DNA of 64,000 nucleotides from an uncultured Bacteroidales bacterium (GCA_902765485.1 CACWZZ010000016.1:41991-105990); one strand, 5' to 3'. Numbered from the stretch's first letter, positions 7,835-18,042 are shown. Notes: a model not told the origin generated them from the letters alone. Program-made: numbers and translations.

Positions 7835-10800
7835 TTATCGTATTACGCGGCCGTTGAGGTCAAACATCCGTTCTCCACGGAGGATGAAGATCTGTCCGTC
7901 AAGGAGGAGTTTAGTGGTGATTGGTGAATGGTCATTGACGACTTGCTCCAAGTCCGTCGCAGGGGACGGTCTGGTACCACCGAAGTTATCGAGACAGAAA
8001 TAGGTCGGCGTAGTAAATCCATAAGCGTCCGACTTGGTAGTGAAGAGTTCAAACTCCAGCCGCGTGATAGCGCCCAGCGAAGAGAGGTCGAACCATCTCC
8101 AGGTATTGAGAGCGAAATGCTCGTCGGCATTCTCGGAGCGGTAGTCCGCGAGATAGAAGACCACCTCACCTGTTTTCTCCGATCCGTTGTATCCCTTCGC
8201 GGTAACAGACATATAGTCGCCTTGCGCAAAAGCGTCGCTGGCATAGTCGCCGTTAAGAATAGCGTCAAGGGTATAGACGGTGTTGGTGATATAGAATCCG
8301 GTGATCGTTTGCGGCTCTGCACTATTGGTGAGCAGAATCGGATCCATATAACCGGCGAACCAAACGGACGGGGCGGAATAATACGCTACGGCGTAGTTAT
8401 TGCCTTCGTACGCGCCTCCCGCAGCCGAGCGGAACTGGTCAATGTTATAATTGCCGGTAGCCTCTGTCGATTGGTCGGAGCAGATGGCATAACCCGTATA
8501 AGCCTTGTATGCCTTGTTCGGCGTGTTGCCAAAGGCGTACGTGCCGCTATAGAGGTTCGTCTCGGTATTATCTACCCAAGCCTCATCCACATCCTTGTGT
8601 CCGTTCTCAGCGAGGGTGTATTCCTCGAAAGTAGCCGCAGCTGCTGCTTTCTCCACCCATACATGAGCAGAAACGATTGCTTGCTGACCGAAGCAGTCGG
8701 TGACGGTACAAATATACTCGGTTGTTTGGCTCGCTGTGAGCGCGAGAGTCGCCTCCGTGCCGATAACGGCATTGCTGAAAGCGGTTCGCCAAGCGTAAGT
8801 GTACGGTTTGGCTTGCTCGTATTCGGTAGCAAGGGACGCGGTGAGCGTGAAAGCGGCTTCGGCTGCTACGGTCTGTTTGCCAATCGGGTTCAGCACTACC
8901 GGACGAAGCGTCCACGCAGTAGTGAAAGCTGTTTCCTGATATGCCGCAGCGGCTTCTCCCAGCGGCGAGAACAAGAGGACATATGCCTTGTAGCCGGTTT
9001 CCTCACTCAGACCGGTAGCGGTAAAGGTCACTTCGCCGTCCTTGACAAGCGAAATCTCCGTCGTAGCAGCTGCCAGCGCCTCGATAGCAGGAGCATCACT
9101 CTCTGCCGGTAGCACAATCACTTTGGCGGTTCCGTAATTATCCGCTTTAATGACGATATCGGCTTTGGTGTCCTGCGTATTGGCGGTCGGATAGCCTTCA
9201 GCCATTACCGGCACACGGAAGAGGTCGGCATCATACTCGTACGCACCGATGGTAGGCGCAGCGGCACGGGTCTTGCCGGTGATATCAGCCGGAACAGAAG
9301 TCATCACTTCGGCTGTAAGGAGATGTCCATCATTAGTCTCCTTCGGGATGAGAAGCGTAGCGGAAGCGAACGTAACGGCTTCGTTGAGGTTGCCGTCCGT
9401 GTCGGTGGCACCCACTGCGGTCTTCCAGTCAGCAAAAGTGCTGACAGTCGCAGTCGGCATACCGAAAGTCGCTTCCGGCGTATAGAGGATGTTATGACGG
9501 TACGCGATATTGGCAATAGCTCCGGCGTTCTTATAGCGCACGGCGTAACCTTTGTTCGTAGCCTGGAAGATATTGTTCACGAATACCGAACCGGCAGCCG
9601 GAGCAGTTTCAATATAGTACGTGGACGAAGCTGTTCCTGCTGAGTTCATCACCATCGTATTATGGGCGAACAAAAGCTTCGGCATATTGCTGCTTGTGTT
9701 GATGCAATACGATGCATATTCGGAACCGTTCTGCACGTTCACTACATTGTTCACCACCTGCAACAGGGTGTTCTCCTTATCCTGATAGTTGTTCGGACGA
9801 ATGTAAATCGCCTTGATGCTTTGGTTATCGGCAGCTGTTCCGGAATAGAAAATATCATTCTCTGCGATAGTGGAAGAGCCACCGAGCAGGATCCAATCAA
9901 TAGCGTTTGCGCTGCTGGATTTAGCTTGTGCGCGGAATGTATTACCGATAATTTGCAGATTGCTGACCGCATCTCCGTAAACCATTTGTTTGCCCTGGTT
10001 GCGGATAGTATTGCGGCTGATAAGCATATTCTGCTGTAACGGATCCGCTGCGGCTTTGTGTCCGGTTACGTGGAGACCCATATAACCGCCCTCCAGCACG
10101 CTGTTGGTGAGCGCAAAATCATTATTGAAATTGTTCTCGCCTGCGTCCACGAAAAGGAGATCCAGACGAGCCGTATATTCCGTCTTGGTCTCAGCATAAA
10201 TGCGGCAGCTGTCAATCGTCACATGCGTAGCGGCGTTGCGTACAACAACCACTGCCGGGTTCTGGTTGGAAGTATAAGTGGAGGTGAAGGAAAGACCTTT
10301 GAGGGTCACATAGTCGGCACCATCAATGGTGAAGACACCCTTCTCAGAGCTCAGCGTGTTGTTGTATTGGTAAGTCACATCGTTGTAGTTGCCGGAAAGC
10401 GAACGGATAGTAATGGTGTTCGCCGAACCGGCTCCGTTAATCTGAGGAATAGTGACTTGCTCGGTGTACGTACCCGGTTCGATAGCTATCTCTACCGCGC
10501 CGTCCATACCAATCGTACTGATAGCCTTGAGTGCTGCGGTCAGCGTAGCGTAATCCGCCATGGCACTTGCGCCGACACGGTAGAAACCATGCGCACCGCT
10601 GACCACGTTGATAGAGACAGCGGCAGCACTTTGCGGAGCAATCTTCTGCTCACCCAGAACAACCTGATCCAGCGTGAGTGACACTACGTTACCCACCTCG
10701 GCTGCTGCATCCACAGAACCGACGAACCAGAAGTAATAAACGCCCTTCTCGTCCATGACATAACTGTCTGTAAACTCATTCGCGGTAGAGAAAGTGGCGG

Positions 10801-13800
10801 AATGGCCGGTTGCGAATATATGGCGGTCAATGAGCAGGTCCGAAACCGTCTGCTCAAAGCCGGTGATGGTAAGCGGAGTGCGGTCACCGGAGACATATAC
10901 AGCTGCTTGCATCAGGCGGAGGTCACCCGTTCCTTTGGTAGCCTCAGCCGGTGCCAGCGGAGTAACGAGCACCGAATCAACCGCAAGATTGGTCAACAAG
11001 TGCTGACGCACCTCTACTTCAAATCCGCTCTTTTGGCTCGTCGGCATCTTGACATATACGGTGATGGATCCGTCTTCGGCACGCGAGATGACACTCTCGT
11101 TCGCCTCGGGTTTGGAGTACATGCCGTATTTTTTATCCGAGGCTGCCTCGGCATCATAGGCGTTGGCATAGTAGATATGGAACGGATCGCCGGAGAGATA
11201 AGCGATATCGAAGTCCTTGAATACCAACTCTACGGCATAGCCTTCGGTAGCCGGCACGAAGGTGATATAGCCCTCGAAATTAGAACTGTAGTTCTCGTCT
11301 GCACCGCCATCGTCATAGAACATCAGACTGTTCTCTCCGATGGTAACGGTGCCGTTATCGCCGGCTTGGAGGTATCGCACGTTCTTCACGGTGCGAGCAC
11401 CTTCTGGGTCACCGGCTGCGACAGCCTGCGTCTCGCCGCTCAGGGTGACGCTTTTCAGGGCGGCATCGACATCGGTCTCTACCATGGCATCGGCTTTGAT
11501 ATCGGCGGCAAGCACAAATGCATTGCCATATTCAGCGAGTGCAAGCGGTGTCTCAAGCGTCAAGGCTACTTGAGATGCTGCCAGAGCCTGTGCCAATACG
11601 TTTTCGCCTTGCAACAGATAGAGGGTTTCGATATTTTCTTCCGTTCCCTTCAGGTCAACCGTCAAAGCATTGAGGTTCAGGGCATTGAGTGTGCCAATTG
11701 TCCGAATATCCAGATTGAGTAGTGCGGCTTTTTGCTCACCCGTCTGCACTAATTTGGTCGAAGCCTGAGCTACAGCAATCGTATCCACCTGCATGGCTTG
11801 CAACTTGTATTCCTTCACCGTTGCGTGCCAGCCGTTGCCGGTATAATAAGAAGACGTGGTGTTCGGGTTGAAGACAATCGTCAAAGCGCCATCCGCTGCC
11901 GTAGAACGAATCTGCGTCGGTTTCTTGCCGTTGGAGTCCAACTCCCATAGTTTGTCGCCGCTCGTACCCTCGCCCGCGTAAACAATATATTTCGCGCGCG
12001 TACTATACGAAGAAGAGGCATAATAGACATCGAAGTCGGTATAGTCAATCTGGATTACATGACCTTCGGTAGCGGGTTTGAAGATTACCGTCTGGTCGCA
12101 TTGCTCCGCCTGATATTTGGAATTATAGTCGCTGACCACGGTGTGGGTATATGCCCAATTGCCAAGGATGGTGAAAGTCTGCGAACCGCAAGCCTGAACA
12201 GCCTTGTTCTCGATTGTCAGTTCGCCGCTCTGGTCTCCGAAATCCGTAACGGACGTGCCGTTGGTAAAAGTTATGCTCGCAATAGTGACGTTCACTTTTT
12301 CGTCGTTCTGTGCTAATCCGTTGATGTCACACACCAGCCAGAGGTAGTTTTCTCCCTCGCGGAAAGCAATGTCAGCGCTCTTGGTAATAGTCACCGCGTC
12401 GCCTGTCACATTCGCTTCGCCGAAGAGGCGGGAAGTGCTAAAACTATTTTCCTTGGTGTAATAGAGTTTAGCCTTCGAGATCTGACCGTAAGTGCCGTTG
12501 GTGTTCAGCGCGAGCGAAGCCATGGTGAGAGCCGGTTCGGTCTCAGCGGTTGTGATTTTAATAGAAGCCACTTGGGCATTCTCCGTTCCGGCAGAAACGG
12601 TGCCAATGTTTTTAGTCAGATTCACTGTGCTGACGGTCATAGCCTGCGGCACAAACTCGCTAACCACAGCCTCCCAACCGTCGCGCAGGTTGGAGTCATA
12701 GGAGATATTATTCTTATGGGTAATCGTCAGTTTGCCATCCGCTGCCGTGCTCTTGAGGACAATCGCGGTAGTGGTACTTGCCTCGGCTTGCGAGAGTTGC
12801 CAGAGCAAATCTGCATCGTTCGTGGAGTTGCCGTTATAGACCTTGATATAATCCACATAGCCGGTCGAGTTGGCGGCATAATCCGTATAGAAGACATTGA
12901 TGCTGTTGAAGGTCAGTTTGACTTTGCTGCCCTCTGTAGCGGGAGTGAACACCACCTTGCCGTCAAAACCCTTAACGACCTTGCCGTCCTTGCCGCCTTC
13001 GTCAAAGAACTGCGTCTCGCCGGAAATCGTGTAAGTAGCATCCTCAGCCATGAGGTACATAGCCTGCACGGTCATCGTAACCGGCGTAGCCGGAGTGAAA
13101 GTCGAGAACCCTCCCGCTGTGCTGAAACCGGTTATATTTACCGCTGCAGTGGCATTAAACGCCGCAGTAGAAAGGATATTGCCGCCGAGCGAGAATGAAT
13201 TATTTCCATTGCTCAGCGCGTAGCCTTCCGACAAAGTATAGGTATAAATCCCTTCGTCCTCCGTGATTGTGCCGGCAATCTCGCCCAGACCAGTTACCGA
13301 AACACCTGTACCGGCGTAGAGTTTTAGTGTTGTGGGATCAATCACAGCGGAGTTGGAGCAGGTGAACGTGATGGTTTGCAGCTTATCAGGCAAAGAATAA
13401 CCGGATGTTGTGATAGTCATACCGCTCATTCCTACATTAGTCTTTCCTGCCCATATTTCGCCATCGACAAAAGTGTTGTCGCCCGCTGCGGACTCAACGG
13501 TCATGGTCTCTAAAAGCACCTCTTCCACCGTAGCTTTCCAATAAGACTCTTTCGGGCTCGGATCTTTCGAATACAAGCAAACGGACAGACAGCCGTCTGC
13601 TGTCCCCGAGATATAGGTCGGCAGCGGATTAACCGCACCATCGCCGGGGATATAGGCAATTTGATTCGCATTTTCCACAAAACTGCCGGTAGGATTTCCA
13701 CTGGTCGGATATGAAATACTCGTCACATCAAACTGACCGTTGTAAATACGCATGTACACATCATACGAAGCGCTGTACTTGGTCAGGTTCAGTTCCTCAA

Positions 13801-14032
13801 AGGTGATTTTGATCGAATAGCCCTCAGTAGCTGGTTGGAAGATCACCGTTGAGAAAGCGGATTGTGTGAAATGTGTGTCTGCTCCCTTGAAATCATAAAA
13901 GGTCAGCGGAGCGTCTTTGGATACTACTTTCGTTTCGTACCCATACTGCGGCATCAGGTAATCCTCTGCCATAGCTGTGCTGCCCAGCCATCCTATGACT
14001 AAGAGCAGCAAAAAGAAGTACTTTTTTTTCAT
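7835..14032 (-). CDS. giant (2065 aa) cell-surface protein: 4 CUB-like modules, parallel beta-helix region, Ig-like region, DUF4465-like C-terminal domain
   Basis: Signal peptide MKKKYFFLLLLVIGWLGSTAMA. Four recurrences of F-P-ATEG--I-I/L-F. Beta-helix-like N--I-N-G repeats. C-terminal YFCLDNFGG region, then a 22-aa tail. Confidence 0.85.
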   Translation of the reverse strand: MKKKYFFLLLLVIGWLGSTAMAEDYLMPQYGYETKVVSKDAPLTFYDFKGADTHFTQSAFSTVIFQPATEGYSIKITFEELNLTKYSASYDVYMRIYNGQFDVTSISYPTSGNPTGSFVENANQIAYIPGDGAVNPLPTYISGTADGCLSVCLYSKDPSPKESYWKATVEEVLLETMTVESAAGDNTFVDGEIWAGKTNVGMSGMTITTSGYSLPDKLQTITFTCSNSAVIDPTTLKLYAGTGVSVTGLGEIAGTITEDEGIYTYTLSEGYALSNGNNSFSLGGNILSTAAFNATAAVNITGFSTAGGFSTFTPATPVTMTVQAMYLMAEDATYTISGETQFFDEGGKDGKVVKGFDGKVVFTPATEGSKVKLTFNSINVFYTDYAANSTGYVDYIKVYNGNSTNDADLLWQLSQAEASTTTAIVLKSTAADGKLTITHKNNISYDSNLRDGWEAVVSEFVPQAMTVSTVNLTKNIGTVSAGTENAQVASIKITTAETEPALTMASLALNTNGTYGQISKAKLYYTKENSFSTSRLFGEANVTGDAVTITKSADIAFREGENYLWLVCDINGLAQNDEKVNVTIASITFTNGTSVTDFGDQSGELTIENKAVQACGSQTFTILGNWAYTHTVVSDYNSKYQAEQCDQTVIFKPATEGHVIQIDYTDFDVYYASSSYSTRAKYIVYAGEGTSGDKLWELDSNGKKPTQIRSTAADGALTIVFNPNTTSSYYTGNGWHATVKEYKLQAMQVDTIAVAQASTKLVQTGEQKAALLNLDIRTIGTLNALNLNALTVDLKGTEENIETLYLLQGENVLAQALAASQVALTLETPLALAEYGNAFVLAADIKADAMVETDVDAALKSVTLSGETQAVAAGDPEGARTVKNVRYLQAGDNGTVTIGENSLMFYDDGGADENYSSNFEGYITFVPATEGYAVELVFKDFDIAYLSGDPFHIYYANAYDAEAASDKKYGMYSKPEANESVISRAEDGSITVYVKMPTSQKSGFEVEVRQHLLTNLAVDSVLVTPLAPAEATKGTGDLRLMQAAVYVSGDRTPLTITGFEQTVSDLLIDRHIFATGHSATFSTANEFTDSYVMDEKGVYYFWFVGSVDAAAEVGNVVSLTLDQVVLGEQKIAPQSAAAVSINVVSGAHGFYRVGASAMADYATLTAALKAISTIGMDGAVEIAIEPGTYTEQVTIPQINGAGSANTITIRSLSGNYNDVTYQYNNTLSSEKGVFTIDGADYVTLKGLSFTSTYTSNQNPAVVVVRNAATHVTIDSCRIYAETKTEYTARLDLLFVDAGENNFNNDFALTNSVLEGGYMGLHVTGHKAAADPLQQNMLISRNTIRNQGKQMVYGDAVSNLQIIGNTFRAQAKSSSANAIDWILLGGSSTIAENDIFYSGTAADNQSIKAIYIRPNNYQDKENTLLQVVNNVVNVQNGSEYASYCINTSSNMPKLLFAHNTMVMNSAGTASSTYYIETAPAAGSVFVNNIFQATNKGYAVRYKNAGAIANIAYRHNILYTPEATFGMPTATVSTFADWKTAVGATDTDGNLNEAVTFASATLLIPKETNDGHLLTAEVMTSVPADITGKTRAAAPTIGAYEYDADLFRVPVMAEGYPTANTQDTKADIVIKADNYGTAKVIVLPAESDAPAIEALAAATTEISLVKDGEVTFTATGLSEETGYKAYVLLFSPLGEAAAAYQETAFTTAWTLRPVVLNPIGKQTVAAEAAFTLTASLATEYEQAKPYTYAWRTAFSNAVIGTEATLALTASQTTEYICTVTDCFGQQAIVSAHVWVEKAAAAATFEEYTLAENGHKDVDEAWVDNTETNLYSGTYAFGNTPNKAYKAYTGYAICSDQSTEATGNYNIDQFRSAAGGAYEGNNYAVAYYSAPSVWFAGYMDPILLTNSAEPQTITGFYITNTVYTLDAILNGDYASDAFAQGDYMSVTAKGYNGSEKTGEVVFYLADYRSENADEHFALNTWRWFDLSSLGAITRLEFELFTTKSDAYGFTTPTYFCLDNFGGTRPSPATDLEQVVNDHSPITTKLLLDGQIFILRGERMFDLNGRVIR

Positions 14033-14119
14033 TGTATATTTTAATTAATTAGTAATAAGGAATATACGCGCATAGGCAAGTGCACCGACTGAAAAGCCGA
14101 TGTACTGCATACAAAACAA

Positions 14120-14335
14120 TATAAACAATAGTGATTGCTTCATCCGGTTCGCACTCTATTCCGCGAGAGTGATATGAACAGGGGAAAGCGGCATGTCTTC
14201 TGACTTGTCTCGTCCGTTAACGCCTTCTCGCCGACGCATCGGCAATGGCATGTTGGTTAAGGGACTGCGATTGAGACTTACAGCAGCGGGTCTGTACAGG
14301 ATTTACACCTGTTTCCATCTTAGCTTATGCGCGCA
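14120..14335 (-). promoter_or_regulatory. cobalamin (B12) riboswitch
   Basis: Minus-strand RNA contains GGAAACAGGTGTAAATCCTGTACAGACCCGCTGCTGTAA ... GCCATTG ... GAAGGC ... AGTCAGAAGACATGCC (B12 box). Lies in the 5' leader of the 2065-aa gene; aptamer ends are approximate. Confidence 0.85.
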
Positions 14336-14389
14336 TTTAAGCGCCATAAGAACCGTTTTCCTTTAGGGCATCCGTGTGGAGGTTCGGAA

Positions 14390-15292
14390 TTAGATTCTCT
14401 CAAGTACGGTGTGTACCAACTCTTTGATACGGGGTTTATAATCGGTGTTGGCAGCTTCGATCTTACGCTGTGCGATGACGCAGCAGACGGTCATAGCGCG
14501 GTGTCCCATGTGGAGTGCGAGTCCGGCGATACAGGAACCTTCCATCTCATAATTGGTGATCCGCTGACCCTCATAACGGAAAGCGGTGATCTTCTCGTTG
14601 ATGTCCGGCACAGCCAGATTCACGCGCAGAACACGACCTTGCGGACCGTAGAAACCGTTCGCAGCGATCGTGCAACCGCGCATCATATCGTCTTTGGCAA
14701 TGCGGTCCACAAGCTCCGGATTAGCGGCTACGACATACGGCACAGCTGCTTTTTTCGGGTAGCCGACGAAATCCACAAACGCTTTCTCGAAACCGAGGTC
14801 AGCGATCTTGTCGCGGTTCTCGTAGAACGCCAAGACGCCGTCGAAACCAATGGATTTCTGGCTTACCAGGAACGTACCCAGAGGAATATCCTCCTGCATA
14901 CCGCCGCACGTACCGATACGAACAATGTCCAACACGCGCTTCTCGGCTTTCTCCGTGCGGGTCGCAAAATCGATGTTTGCGAGCGCGTCGATCTCGTTCA
15001 TAACGATGTCGCAGTTGTCGGTACCGATACCCGTTGAGATACACGAGATACGTTTGCCGTGGAACTTACCGGTGATGGTGTGGAACTCGCGGCTCTGTAC
15101 GTCGCACTCGATCGATCCTTCGTCGAAGAAGGATGCTACCATATTTACTCGGTCCTGGTCACCCACAAGGATCACCTTGTCCGCCAAGAACTCCGGTTTG
15201 AGATGTAAATGAAATGCAGAACCATCCGCATTGATGATTAACTGCGAAGCTGGGAATGTTTTCATAGCAATGAATATTTTGTTGTTTTTCAA
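14390..15292 (-). CDS. nucleoside phosphorylase (PNP/UDP family)
   Basis: LINADGSAFHLHLKPEFLADKVILVGDQDRV and GTCGG/EMEG motifs; start may be the internal M at 15265. Confidence 0.8.
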   Translation of the reverse strand: MKNNKIFIAMKTFPASQLIINADGSAFHLHLKPEFLADKVILVGDQDRVNMVASFFDEGSIECDVQSREFHTITGKFHGKRISCISTGIGTDNCDIVMNEIDALANIDFATRTEKAEKRVLDIVRIGTCGGMQEDIPLGTFLVSQKSIGFDGVLAFYENRDKIADLGFEKAFVDFVGYPKKAAVPYVVAANPELVDRIAKDDMMRGCTIAANGFYGPQGRVLRVNLAVPDINEKITAFRYEGQRITNYEMEGSCIAGLALHMGHRAMTVCCVIAQRKIEAANTDYKPRIKELVHTVLERI

Positions 15293-15343
15293 TAATGGGA
15301 TCCCCGAAAATTTTAATTCTTGCGATCCATTTTCCGAACGCGA

Positions 15344-15655
15344 CTAGGCTTCGCCACCGGTGAAGGTCAGCGGCAGGGTGCTACCGTGTACAGGACCGCC
15401 TACCGGCTTGATCACACCGAATTTCTGCTCGTATTGAGCGATATTGTTTTGCAGAGCGCCTAAGATCTTCTTTGCCTGATCCGGAGTCACTACCACGCGC
15501 GAAACCACAGTAGCCTGCGGAATACCGGGCATGATCTGCGCGAAATCCAATACAAACTCCGTCGGAGTATGTGCTATCAATGCCAAATTGGCAAACACTC
15601 CTTGTGCTTTGTCAGGAGCGATGTTAATGTTCAATTGATTTTTTTCGTTAGCCAT
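15344..15655 (-). CDS. DUF3467-like protein
   Basis: NLALIAHTPTEFVLDFAQIMPG pattern and ~100-aa size. Confidence 0.7.
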   Translation of the reverse strand: MANEKNQLNINIAPDKAQGVFANLALIAHTPTEFVLDFAQIMPGIPQATVVSRVVVTPDQAKKILGALQNNIAQYEQKFGVIKPVGGPVHGSTLPLTFTGGEA

Positions 15656-15665
15656 ATTTGTTTAG

Positions 15666-15695
15666 TTGTTAAATTGTTAAACTGTTAAATTATTA
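15666..15695. repeat. tandem 8-mer word array (TTGTTAAA-like x3-4)
   Basis: Fills the spacer between the GT2 stop and the DUF3467-like start. Confidence 0.6.
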
Positions 15696-16880
15696 CCATT
15701 TAGCGCCGCTGCGTTTGGGCATCGTCAATATCCAAGCCGAGACGAGCGGCAAGGTGATGTCGAACCATAGGACGCTGAACATATTAAACCGCGGCAAGCC
15801 CATTCGCCGGGCAGACACATTCAAGACTGCGGTCTGCAGGATCCATCTCACGAGGAACAGCCCCACTGCCACCATAAACGGGATCGCAGGAAGTTCCGTA
15901 TATGATGTCGGGAAATAGATCACCATCATCAGTAGCGCCGTTGCGTAGAACAGTCCGCGGAGCATCGGCTCTATGCCCAGACGTATTTTCGTACTCTCTT
16001 TGTAAGCCGGAGAGACGGACAGATGGCGCCTCTTCTGCTGCCACCATTCCTTCAGCGTTTTCTTCGGAAGCGACCATGTGAAACTGTCTCTACTCAGCAC
16101 GACCGCTGTATTCGTTTTTGTCGCCACATGGTTGACAAACAGGTCGTCGTCCCCCGCAATCTTATTCATCAGATGGGTGAAACCGCCGGACTCAAAGAAC
16201 AGCCCTTTGCGGTACGCTAAATTCCGTCCCACGCCCATATACGGATGACCGCAAAGCGCTGCTCCCAAGTAATGCAACCCGTTAAATAACGTATCGTATC
16301 GCACCAAGCGGTTCACATGCCCTTTCTCCGCGAAGTAAGGGCTGAAACCCAAAACGATGTCTTTTGATGATTGAAAACCGCGCATCATTTCGCTGATCCA
16401 ACGATTGCTTTCTGGCACGCAGTCAGCATCGGTAAGGAGCAGGTACTCATATTTAGCCGCCTTGGCTGCCAGCGTCAGGGCTAATTTCTTGGTCGAACCC
16501 ACGCGTGCGCCGTACGGCACGAAAGTCAGATGCAGCCGCGGATCGCATACCATATATCGCTCAACCATAGCGCGCGTCTCGTCCTCCGATCCGTCATCCA
16601 CCACAATCACCTCGTACTCCGGATAGTCCTGAGTCAAAAGAACCGGCAGATATTGCGAGATATTATACGCCTCGTTATGCGCACAAAGGATAACCGAGAC
16701 AGGGGGCAACTCACTCTTGGTACTTGGTACTTGGTTCCCTTGTCCCTTCTTCCGGTCTCTCCTCATCTTCCTCGCCGGAGCACACATGTAGCGCGCGTAC
16801 CAATATACTTGCGCGACAAACAGCACTCCCAGCACACCGATGAGCACCCAGTCAACAATATCCAAATTCTCTACTATCAA
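15693..16880 (-). CDS. family-2 glycosyltransferase, membrane-associated
   Basis: VSVILCAHNEAYN, VVDDGSED, LLTDADC, QQKRRH motifs; TM helices at both ends. Confidence 0.8.
   Translation of the reverse strand: MIVENLDIVDWVLIGVLGVLFVAQVYWYARYMCAPARKMRRDRKKGQGNQVPSTKSELPPVSVILCAHNEAYNISQYLPVLLTQDYPEYEVIVVDDGSEDETRAMVERYMVCDPRLHLTFVPYGARVGSTKKLALTLAAKAAKYEYLLLTDADCVPESNRWISEMMRGFQSSKDIVLGFSPYFAEKGHVNRLVRYDTLFNGLHYLGAALCGHPYMGVGRNLAYRKGLFFESGGFTHLMNKIAGDDDLFVNHVATKTNTAVVLSRDSFTWSLPKKTLKEWWQQKRRHLSVSPAYKESTKIRLGIEPMLRGLFYATALLMMVIYFPTSYTELPAIPFMVAVGLFLVRWILQTAVLNVSARRMGLPRFNMFSVLWFDITLPLVSAWILTMPKRSGAKW
16718..16755. repeat. heptamer array GGTACTT-like, in-frame in the GT2 CDS
   Basis: The 17-mer CTTGGTACTTGGTACTT is identical to 27311-27327; encodes QVPSTKS. 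Confidence 0.7.
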
Positions 16881-16895
16881 CGCGATTTGTAATTT

Positions 16896-17984
16896 TTAAT
16901 CTTTAATTTGTACTTTATACACATGCGTACTGCTGCCGTCCTCTGCTTTGACCGTGATCACCCAAGGTGTTCCGTTGATCTCACCGGGTACAACCGTCAT
17001 CTCCTGGCTGTCCAGTCTGCGGCCGTTGAAACGCGCTTTCTCTCCCTTGATATTGGTCAGCGTACCGATGCCGCGGAAACCGGCAATCTGAATATCCGAA
17101 GAAGAAGCGCCGAGAGCGGACAGTTTGCAAACCTGTACTTTCTCTGTATCGGGATTGAATTCCTTCCATTCGTTGCCGTTGATGGTCAGTTTGTCAATCC
17201 GCGACGAGTAGATCAACTCGACATCGTCCACATACAGCGCATTGCCGTCGTACAGACCGTCATTTGCACGGAATGCCGGATAGTTACCCGCCGAGAAAAT
17301 GACATTGCACATCGTCGGCTTGCCGTTGCTCATGTACAGAATCGGCACTTTGATCTGAGTCCACTCGTCGTATTTGGCACGAGCGCGATACCAGCCTTCG
17401 GCAATCTGCTTTGCCGGTTCGTCCACACCGCACTCATTGCCGTCCGTAGCGCGACGGATATCGCTCTCCTCGTTGATGCGCTCCGTAGCCGTACAGCCGC
17501 CTTTCTTATTCTTGTACTGGTGGCTTTTCGACGTGCCCTGCCAAGCATAATAAAGCAAATGAAAATCTTCGTCATTCGTCTTGGGTCCCACGCGTTTCAC
17601 CCACACGCTCATCGTGTCCGGACGGTGTTTCCAAGCGATACCGCCTTCCGTTCCGGCGGTCGCGCCATTCACATTCAGACCCCTCAGATACTGCCATGGC
17701 ACACCCAGCGACAGGTAACCGGGACCCGTGGCGCCGATACCCAGTTTAGGTATTCCCACTGCGCGATCGGTCATATAAGCGCAATGACCCGTACGACCGG
17801 GCTTTTGATATAAAAAGGTAAACTTAAATCCGGCTTGGTTGACATTCGATCCATGCCATTCCGTCAACTGGACATCTCCGTTGAACTTACCTCCCCAACT
17901 CTCGAAATGCGGATCCGGCAACTGCTGTGCGTTCGCCGCACTAAACACCCCGAGAATACTCAACACTACTAATAATTTCTTCAT
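16896..17984 (-). CDS. secreted PCMD-like (putative carbohydrate metabolism domain) protein
   Basis: Signal peptide from M at 17984; family call rests on weak overall resemblance only. Confidence 0.5.
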   Translation of the reverse strand: MKKLLVVLSILGVFSAANAQQLPDPHFESWGGKFNGDVQLTEWHGSNVNQAGFKFTFLYQKPGRTGHCAYMTDRAVGIPKLGIGATGPGYLSLGVPWQYLRGLNVNGATAGTEGGIAWKHRPDTMSVWVKRVGPKTNDEDFHLLYYAWQGTSKSHQYKNKKGGCTATERINEESDIRRATDGNECGVDEPAKQIAEGWYRARAKYDEWTQIKVPILYMSNGKPTMCNVIFSAGNYPAFRANDGLYDGNALYVDDVELIYSSRIDKLTINGNEWKEFNPDTEKVQVCKLSALGASSSDIQIAGFRGIGTLTNIKGEKARFNGRRLDSQEMTVVPGEINGTPWVITVKAEDGSSTHVYKVQIKD

Positions 17985-18003
17985 ACATCGATAAATTTTG
18001 TGC

Positions 18004-18011
18004 AAAGTTAC
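18004..18011 (-). promoter_or_regulatory. -7 promoter box (TAACTTTG on minus strand)
   Basis: TAnnTTTG match 20 nt upstream of the 17984 start. Confidence 0.55.
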
Positions 18012-18042
18012 ACTTTTTTTTGCATATATGCAAACTTTTTAC

